From a virus, in IMG/VR virus record IMGVR_UViG_3300002461_000026, positions 1 through 42,792 of that record: DNA of 42,792 nucleotides, one strand, 5' to 3'. The position numbers were made by a program, and so were the translations under genes. This document shows, in pieces, positions 38,148-42,792 of the stretch. The notes beneath the pieces are model-generated. The model made no database searches and was not told the origin of the DNA. It saw only the letters and a list, made by a program, of their open reading frames with translations. Every line of letters starts with the position of its first letter. The first letter of the stretch is position 1.

Positions 38148-38702
38148 TCAGCCCTTCACGATGGTTGCGGAGGTCTTGTCGCCCAGCAGGACGATCTCGA
38201 CGCCGTACGACTCGGCCAGCGGGGCGAGTGCCTTGCGGTACTTCGCCACGTCAGCGCGGTGCAGCGGCACGGCCTGCTTGCCGATGAACAGATCGGAGAC
38301 CATGGCGAGCAGCGAGAGCGTGGCCTTCGCGAGTTCGACGTGCTCAGTCAGTTGCGAGTGCACGGCCTGCTTGGCTGCTTCCTCAGCTTTGAGGGCAGCG
38401 TCCGCCGCCTCGCGGTCCTCGGCGAACTTGCGCAGTTCGTCGGGCGTGTACGCCACGTTCATGTTGAAGACTGGGGTAGATGGGCAGGCGACGGGGTTCA
38501 TGGTGGCTCCTTCATTGAATGGTTCGTAAAGACAGGGCTTCGAGGACACGGTGTGCCCATCTTCGCCACGTACACGCAGGCGCTGCTCGCCGTCCCAGCG
38601 CACAACGTCCCTGACGGTGTACACTTGACCAAGGCGGAAGCGCGGGGCGGGATGAGAGACTCGCACGACTTTATCGCCGGGCTTATACACGTGCCCCATC
38701 AT
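38148..38702 (-). CDS. Hypothetical protein (184 aa; SH3-like N-terminus, helical C-terminus)
   Basis: The ATG at 38700-38702 forms an ATGA overlap with the stop of 38699..38971. The track's longer N-terminal extension overlaps that gene. Confidence 0.7.
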   Translation of the reverse strand: MMGHVYKPGDKVVRVSHPAPRFRLGQVYTVRDVVRWDGEQRLRVRGEDGHTVSSKPCLYEPFNEGATMNPVACPSTPVFNMNVAYTPDELRKFAEDREAADAALKAEEAAKQAVHSQLTEHVELAKATLSLLAMVSDLFIGKQAVPLHRADVAKYRKALAPLAESYGVEIVLLGDKTSATIVKG

Positions 38703-38971
38703 TGCTCCTTGATGATGCTGATGAACTCGTCCGGGTGGAACGAGGTCAGCCGCTTGTTGTCGGCGGCCAGCCACTCGACCTTGATCGGGTAGGCTGCGCC
38801 GTGGTCGATGCTCAGGACAGTGCCCCGGGCGCTGATGTTGCGGGTGCTGAAGGAAATCGTGTCGCCTTCATGCAGCGTGAGGTCACGCACACGGCCCAGA
38901 GGCCCAGCCTTCGCAGCCAGCACAATCGGTTGGCCCTGCATGGCCCGCTGTTCTTGGTAGCTCAGTTGCAC
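38699..38971 (-). CDS. Hypothetical protein (90 aa)
   Basis: GTG start 6 nt after GAGGG, overlapping the upstream gene by 10 nt. ORF track. Confidence 0.65.
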   Translation of the reverse strand: MQLSYQEQRAMQGQPIVLAAKAGPLGRVRDLTLHEGDTISFSTRNISARGTVLSIDHGAAYPIKVEWLAADNKRLTSFHPDEFISIIKEQ

Positions 38972-39441
38972 GTGCTGCCCTCGGATTGGGTTGCGAGAGC
39001 AGCGGCATCCTTCGCGAACGCCTTGTGCGTCTGGCGGATCGCACGCGCAGCCTTGCGGTTGCTCTGCAACGCTTGCCAGCGGTCATGGTTCAGGATCGTA
39101 CCTGTCTCGGTCCAGCAGCGCAACCACGTGCGGCGGATGCGCTCCTTGAATTCCTCGGACAAGTGCCCGCCAAGCGCCTTTGCTTCGTCCTGATTGCGGA
39201 ACATCATCGCATGCGGCAGGTAAGCATACGGCCCCTCGACGGCGATGTCCATGATCTCCGTGCGCAACTGCTGCAACGCATTGGACAACGCTGGGTCGCC
39301 ATGCTTGCGGTAGATGCTTTCTTGGATGTTCGAGATTGCCCAGCAGAACCCACCCACACCGAACGCCCCGGACGTTGTGTAGTACGCATGGATGGCGTTG
39401 CTGACTTTGCGGCGCATGCTGCGCTGAACTTTGGTTTTCAT
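38962..39441 (-). CDS. Hypothetical protein (159 aa)
   Basis: AAGGAG lies 7 nt upstream of the ATG. ORF track. Confidence 0.75.
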   Translation of the reverse strand: MKTKVQRSMRRKVSNAIHAYYTTSGAFGVGGFCWAISNIQESIYRKHGDPALSNALQQLRTEIMDIAVEGPYAYLPHAMMFRNQDEAKALGGHLSEEFKERIRRTWLRCWTETGTILNHDRWQALQSNRKAARAIRQTHKAFAKDAAALATQSEGSTCN

Positions 39442-39452
39442 GTGTGTGCTCC

Positions 39453-39968
39453 TTAAAGGCCGAATTGCAGGTGGTGCCGTGCAAGGTGTTTCATCAGCGG
39501 GATTTGGCTGCGGTCGAACTCCCGGTTCCAGCCAAGCGGTGCCGAGGCCATAGCCTCGCAGTCTCGCACGCTCAGCCCATCGCCGAATTCTTCAGTCGTG
39601 CGGTAACGTCCGTCCTCGCCGAAGCAGTGCGCCCCTTCGCGGACGCCGTGTGAGTCCCACGTCCACGTCTTACCGCCAGAGCGGAAGCGTATCGCGAGGT
39701 GATGCCGTCGCAGGCCGTTGCGGTCCCACTCGGACGTGTCCTTCTTGTTCGACACGAGCTTGCAAACCTCTTTACCGGACTTGCCGTTCTCGCCGCCGAA
39801 CCCGCACACCGTAGGCGTCACGACCTCGACCATCACGTCCATCTTTTGCAGGTGCCTGCCCACAATGGATGCGAGTACAGCGCACCCGCCTCGGTTCACA
39901 CGGTCGATGTGCTCAGTGATCGAGAAGGCCAGCGCCTCAAGGCGAGCCGTCAGGGTTTCGTGCTTCAT
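39453..39968 (-). CDS. Early protein with transglutaminase/papain-like Cys-His-Asp layout
   Basis: Internal ATG of track ORF 39453..40190 at 39966-39968, with AAGGGG upstream. NRGGCAVLASIVGRHL ... RRHHLAIRFRSGGKTWTWDSHG matches the G-x-C-x-x-F/L-A ... H-x-W-x-E-V ... W-x-x-F/W-D order of transglutaminase-like cysteine proteases. Confidence 0.75.
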   Translation of the reverse strand: MKHETLTARLEALAFSITEHIDRVNRGGCAVLASIVGRHLQKMDVMVEVVTPTVCGFGGENGKSGKEVCKLVSNKKDTSEWDRNGLRRHHLAIRFRSGGKTWTWDSHGVREGAHCFGEDGRYRTTEEFGDGLSVRDCEAMASAPLGWNREFDRSQIPLMKHLARHHLQFGL

Positions 39969-39978
39969 GGTGCGCCCC

Positions 39979-40161
39979 TTACAGACCCAGTGCTGCACGC
40001 TTGGCGTACGCAACTTGCAGGTGCTTGCGGCGCAGGTTCCGGGCAGTGCCACGCGGCACGGCCAGATCATCACGCGTCGGTGCCATACCGTCAGCGCCCC
40101 ATGGACGCTTGTCGGCCTGTCGCTGCATGCGGGCCTTGTGGGTGGTGTTCTCTTTGGACAT
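39979..40161 (-). CDS. Small basic protein (60 aa)
   Basis: AAGGAG lies 6 nt upstream of the ATG at 40159-40161. Arg/Lys-rich. Confidence 0.7.
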   Translation of the reverse strand: MSKENTTHKARMQRQADKRPWGADGMAPTRDDLAVPRGTARNLRRKHLQVAYAKRAALGL

Positions 40162-40491
40162 GGTGTCTCCTTTTCAGGCATACAGTGCAAAAGCGCACTC
40201 GAAGGGCCGCCCTCCCTACAGGTAACGGCGGCCTATCGGCTGTGCTCTGTGCTGAGTGGGTTCGCAACTTTAACGCCCGCTGTTCCCGCAGGGCGTGTAA
40301 ACGAAGGCGACGGAACACCGCCCTAGTGGGTTACGCGGAACACGCCCTTGCGGATCGTACGGCCACGAGTTACCCTTCTTCCAACGATACACGAAGGGCC
40401 GCACGCCCGACTCATCAAAGACTACGTGCGGCCTATCGTCTAGCGTCTGCAACTAGCGTGCACACCGCCACATACCGCGACGGCCCGGGTC

Positions 40492-40509
40492 GGTCTGCGA
40501 GTGCAGACC
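40492..40509 (-). other. Stable hairpin immediately after the stop of 40511..40690
   Basis: GGTCTGC (40492-40498) pairs with GCAGACC (40503-40509), with a tetraloop. It starts 2 nt after the stop codon and has no U-tract. Confidence 0.35.
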
Positions 40510-40510
40510 C

Positions 40511-40690
40511 TCAGATCATCAGCATCACGAGGACGCCGAACGCGCCCGCCACGATGGGCGACAGCAGGTACACAGCGAGCAGCACGAGCAGCACGCGGCG
40601 GAAGAACCGCCACGCAGCATCCCCGTGCAGCGTGTGCGCCATCGCCCACACAGTGGCGGCGGCCACGAGGGCCAGTGCTACGGCCTGCAT
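40511..40690 (-). CDS. Small membrane protein (two TM helices)
   Basis: MQAVALALVAAATVWAMA...VLLVLLAVYLLSPIVAGAFGVLVMLMI. The ATG at 40688-40690 shares a base with the upstream TGA; the track starts at a GTG at 40693. Confidence 0.65.
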   Translation of the reverse strand: MQAVALALVAAATVWAMAHTLHGDAAWRFFRRVLLVLLAVYLLSPIVAGAFGVLVMLMI

Positions 40691-41217
40691 CACTCGACCT
40701 CAGTCAGGGCCAGCACGAGGGCCTTCGCCTCGGCCAGTGCCTCGGCCTTGTGCTCAATGGTCAGGCCCTCCTTCGAGGCAGTTTGCAGGCGCTTCATCAC
40801 CGAGTGCACGGCGGCCTGTGCATCGAACGCGGTCAGGATGCTGGCCTCCTTCTTGAACTCAGTCCAAGGCGTGGCAGTTGCGCCCTCCATATCGGTTTTG
40901 CGGGTCTTGTCGTATGCGAACACGTGACCCTCGGCGATGGCGGCATTGTCGGTCGCGCCCTTCTCCAGCTTGCGGATCGCGCCGTACGCCAGCATCCACT
41001 CAACAAGCGCCAGCTTGCGTGCGCCCTTTGGCATGGCCGTGACCAGACGTTCGGCCAGTGTGTAGTCGCCATGCTGGGCGATGTGTGCGAGCACAGACAG
41101 CCCGGCGTGCTGGATGTCAGCGTCGAGCTTCGCGCCTCGGTTTGCGATGGATGCAATGGCCTTCTGGATGGCGGCAGCGCCCACGATGAGGGCGTCGGTT
41201 TTGGTGGCTTTGGTCAT
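40690..41217 (-). CDS. Early protein of unknown function (175 aa, helical)
   Basis: AAGGA upstream of the ATG at 41215-41217. ORF track. No motif recognised. Confidence 0.8.
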   Translation of the reverse strand: MTKATKTDALIVGAAAIQKAIASIANRGAKLDADIQHAGLSVLAHIAQHGDYTLAERLVTAMPKGARKLALVEWMLAYGAIRKLEKGATDNAAIAEGHVFAYDKTRKTDMEGATATPWTEFKKEASILTAFDAQAAVHSVMKRLQTASKEGLTIEHKAEALAEAKALVLALTEVE

Positions 41218-41252
41218 GATAAGTCCTTTATGTTGATTGAACAGAATCGGGA

Positions 41253-41284
41253 CTGCGCCCGGTATAGGGCGCAGGGCGCCCTAT
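41253..41284 (-). other. Two mutually exclusive hairpins between the second and third early genes
   Basis: GGGCGC (41267-41272) can pair either within CTGCGCCC/GGGCGCAG (41253-41260 / 41267-41274) or within ATAGGGCGC/GCGCCCTAT (41264-41272 / 41276-41284). Confidence 0.3.
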
Positions 41285-41295
41285 GGCTGAAGCAG

Positions 41296-41433
41296 TCAGA
41301 ACACGCCCGCATAACTGCGGCTTGACGTGCGGTAGAGTTTGGTTTGATAGCGCCCACGCTTGAGCGTCACCGTGGGCATGTACAGGTAGTGCACGAAGCG
41401 CCCGTCAACCCATGCGAGAGGCCCGCCGCTCAT
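41296..41433 (-). CDS. Hypothetical early protein (45 aa)
   Basis: The ATG at 41431-41433 forms an ATGA overlap with the stop of 41430..41642. Protein: MSGGPLAWVDGRFVHYLYMPTVTLKRGRYQTKLYRTSSRSYAGVF. Confidence 0.5.
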   Translation of the reverse strand: MSGGPLAWVDGRFVHYLYMPTVTLKRGRYQTKLYRTSSRSYAGVF

Positions 41434-41642
41434 GCTGACGGCCTCGCATGCTTGGCGATGTGAAAGCCCGTGACATTCAAGCCACCGCGATTGCTCCACG
41501 TCTCGGCCATCTTCTTTTTAGCGCGGCGGCCATCTTTCGCAAGATCAGACCCGATGTCAATCAAGCCATTGTAGGCAGCGATGCGGGAAAACTTGTGCTC
41601 GGCAGCATAGCGCCGGCGCTGATGGTTCGTTTTGTCGCCCAT
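41430..41642 (-). CDS. First early protein (70 aa, basic)
   Basis: GGAG lies 7-8 nt upstream of the ATG at 41640-41642. It is the first ORF with an RBS downstream of the early promoters. Confidence 0.65.
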   Translation of the reverse strand: MGDKTNHQRRRYAAEHKFSRIAAYNGLIDIGSDLAKDGRRAKKKMAETWSNRGGLNVTGFHIAKHARPSA

Positions 41643-42077
41643 TGTGGGACTCCATTGTTACCCGATGCAGGATTGCATCTTGATCGGCCCTTGAGGGGCC
41701 ATCATCATTGCCCATACATTTTACGGACAAGGACCGATCAAGATGCGCACTCATAGAGTGCGCCCTATTGGGTTTGTTAATCGGCTTGCGGTAGGCTGAG
41801 CGCGTCTCAGTCATGTACCATCAAGCCGATATGGTTCCGCCCGTCCAAATGCAGGGCACGAGTACCACATCGCTCAGCTATTTTCATGGGCATAGCTTCA
41901 GCGCCCATGGTGCACTCAGGTAGCACCCGATTCCTACAGTTCGGCTTCTGGCTCTACCTTATCGGCTTGTGCCATCTACCTCGCCCCGTTTGGCGATGAG
42001 CGCATGAGACCCGTAAGCCTTACGGCTTGATCTGCTCATGTCCCGCGAAGTCCGATCACTTCGCTTTCGTTGCCTCA

Positions 42078-42106
42078 AGTGTAGCACACTTTTCGGCGGG
42101 TTGCAA
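42078..42106 (-). promoter_or_regulatory. Host sigma70-type early promoter C
   Basis: Minus strand: TTGCAA (42101-42106), 17-bp spacer, TGc-TACACT (-10 at 42078-42083). Confidence 0.55.
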
Positions 42107-42170
42107 GTTCTTTCGCTTGCCGCATCCGTTTCCGTCTGCGAGTGCAGCGGGTTGATTCGCTGCTGTCTGC

Positions 42171-42201
42171 ATTGTAGCACAGTTCCGGGCTACTCTGTCA
42201 A
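42171..42201 (-). promoter_or_regulatory. Host sigma70-type early promoter B
   Basis: Minus strand: TTGACA (42196-42201), 19-bp spacer, TGc-TACAAT (-10 at 42171-42176). The spacer is longer than optimal. Confidence 0.5.
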
Positions 42202-42307
42202 ACCTTTTCTAGTGGGTGCTAGGTGCGTTTAAACCATCCCGCTAGGTGCTGCGTTAGTCGATGTCCCGGAGCCAACCGGATGCACATTCGCGCTGCACTA
42301 GGTCTGC

Positions 42308-42337
42308 ATCATAACACAGTCTGGGACTGCCTGCAAA
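42308..42337 (-). promoter_or_regulatory. Host sigma70-type early promoter A
   Basis: Minus strand: TTTGCA (42332-42337), 18-bp spacer, TGt-TATGAT (-10 at 42308-42313). Confidence 0.45.
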
Positions 42338-42549
42338 CTCGATTCTGAAGTGATGTTCAGGTGCCGGGCTGTTCCCGATTCGATGAACGAAGTATACACC
42401 AGATTTTCAAGCTGTGCACACTTCGCATGCAAATTCTTTTGTGAGTGCATACAACCCAGTGCAGCACATAAGAGGCACCACAAGAGCAGCACAGCGCGAT
42501 CGCATACCCAGCATGCACAGCGAGAGTGTCGCATAACGTACCCGGGAAA

Positions 42550-42660
42550 CGTGGATATCCTGTGGATAACCTAGCTACATCGTTGATTCCATTGGAGAAT
42601 AAGTCTCGATGGAGTGTTTATCCACAAGGTTATCAACAGAGTTATACATGCTGTGGATAA
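42550..42660. promoter_or_regulatory. DnaA-box cluster (three perfect, two degenerate)
   Basis: TGTGGATAA at 42561-42569 and 42652-42660, and TTATCCACA at 42618-42626, are perfect matches. TTATCAACA at 42630-42638 has one mismatch, and CGTGGATAT at 42550-42558 has two. The local sequence is AT-rich. Confidence 0.75.
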
Positions 42661-42698
42661 GGTTTGTAAGCTCTTGATTCTAGAGGACATTTGATAGA

Positions 42699-42792
42699 GT
42701 ATCCCTAGATGGAGAATCCATAGGGAAGCGCAGCGCACCATAGGATGAGCCAGATAGGTTCACCACCCCGGGTATAATCCCGGCAACTAAGC
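42699..42792. repeat. Direct terminal repeat, right copy
   Basis: Identical to 1-94. Confidence 0.9.

Noticed and set aside
39969-40190. N-terminal extensions and out-of-frame minus-strand ORFs in the track, for example 39453..40190, 34922..35542, 37236..37652, 32464..33552, 33405..33845, 28394..28921, 38148..38774, 4924..5526 and 24158..24721.
   Set aside because: The extensions overlap upstream genes that have their own RBS, while an internal ATG with an SD or an ATGA overlap gives a compact, non-overlapping gene. The fully internal ORFs are alternative frames of recognised genes, with Pro/Arg/Ser-rich junk translations.
40228-40438. Recurring ATAGG(G/C)CGC strings as candidate T7-like phage-RNAP promoters with a +1 at GG. 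Minus-strand copies lie at about 40228, 40428, 41264 and 41761, and near 486.
   Set aside because: Only the 9-11-nt core recurs. The 15-20 nt upstream, where T7-type promoters carry their specificity determinants, show no shared sequence, and one copy lies in the non-coding end tract. Kept only as part of the gap description.
40270-40452. 60-codon ORF in the early-region gap.
   Set aside because: It starts at TTG with no Shine-Dalgarno sequence. Its third-position GC is lower than in neighbouring genes, and the 3' end is a hairpin. I treat the region as non-coding or regulatory, though a decayed gene is possible.
41514-41520. Possible -1 programmed frameshift at T_AAA_AAG in the first early gene. 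It would fuse 41430..41642 to the frame of 41296..41499, which opens right after a TAA at this site.
   Set aside because: The heptamer is imperfect (the P-site re-pairing is TAA). I saw no upstream SD-like stimulator or convincing downstream structure. An ATGA stop/start overlap at 41430-41433 explains the two ORFs more simply.
41557-42534. Minus-strand ORFs inside the promoter/leader region (41557..41814, 41959..42180, 42298..42534).
   Set aside because: None has an RBS. They overlap the predicted promoters or the first real gene, have atypical codon usage (the 78-aa one is Cys-rich with low third-position GC), and one starts at a GTG inside a -10 element.
1-42792. tRNA genes, CRISPR arrays, integrase/lysogeny module, group I introns or inteins.
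   Set aside because: I saw no cloverleaf-compatible T-arm/anticodon arrangement in the few non-coding gaps, no regularly spaced repeats, and no recombinase or repressor motifs. The large conserved genes have normal lengths and uninterrupted motifs. A dedicated tRNAscan or Infernal run would be needed to be certain.

Overview
The window is a complete, GC-rich, roughly 42.7-kb genome of a T7-supergroup podophage with phiKMV-like gene order, shown in reverse orientation. Bases 1-94 recur exactly at 42699-42792, and every credible gene is on the minus strand. Reading the minus strand downwards from 42.7 kb: (1) an AT-rich patch with a DnaA-box cluster, three tandem host-type promoters and a structured leader. 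(2) About 15 small early genes. (3) A replication module: HNH endonuclease, primase, helicase, ligase, family-A DNA polymerase, 5'-3' exonuclease, endonuclease VII, DEDD exonuclease and a nucleotide-pyrophosphohydrolase-like protein. (4) A single-subunit RNA polymerase directly upstream of the virion module. (5) The virion module: portal, scaffold, capsid, terminator, tail tubular A/B, internal virion proteins, and a tail fibre followed by three tandem paralogous small proteins. (6) Terminase, then a pinholin / SAR-endolysin / Rz / Rz1 lysis cassette. (7) A 520-bp gene-free, strand-asymmetric repeat tract. Packing is very tight, with many ATGA start/stop overlaps. All long plus-strand ORFs look like antisense shadows. 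No tRNA, CRISPR array, integrase or reverse transcriptase was seen. The most unusual items are: the DnaA-box cluster beside the terminal repeat; a 15-nt exact inverted repeat linking the repeat boundary to an AT-rich islet at the RNAP stop codon; a small ORF plus GNAT acetyltransferase pair in that islet; the T-poor GCACC-rich tract with a possible inward-facing plus-strand transcription unit; and the three tandem tail-fibre-adjacent paralogs. Functional calls come from motifs I read in the translations and from gene order. No database search was possible.
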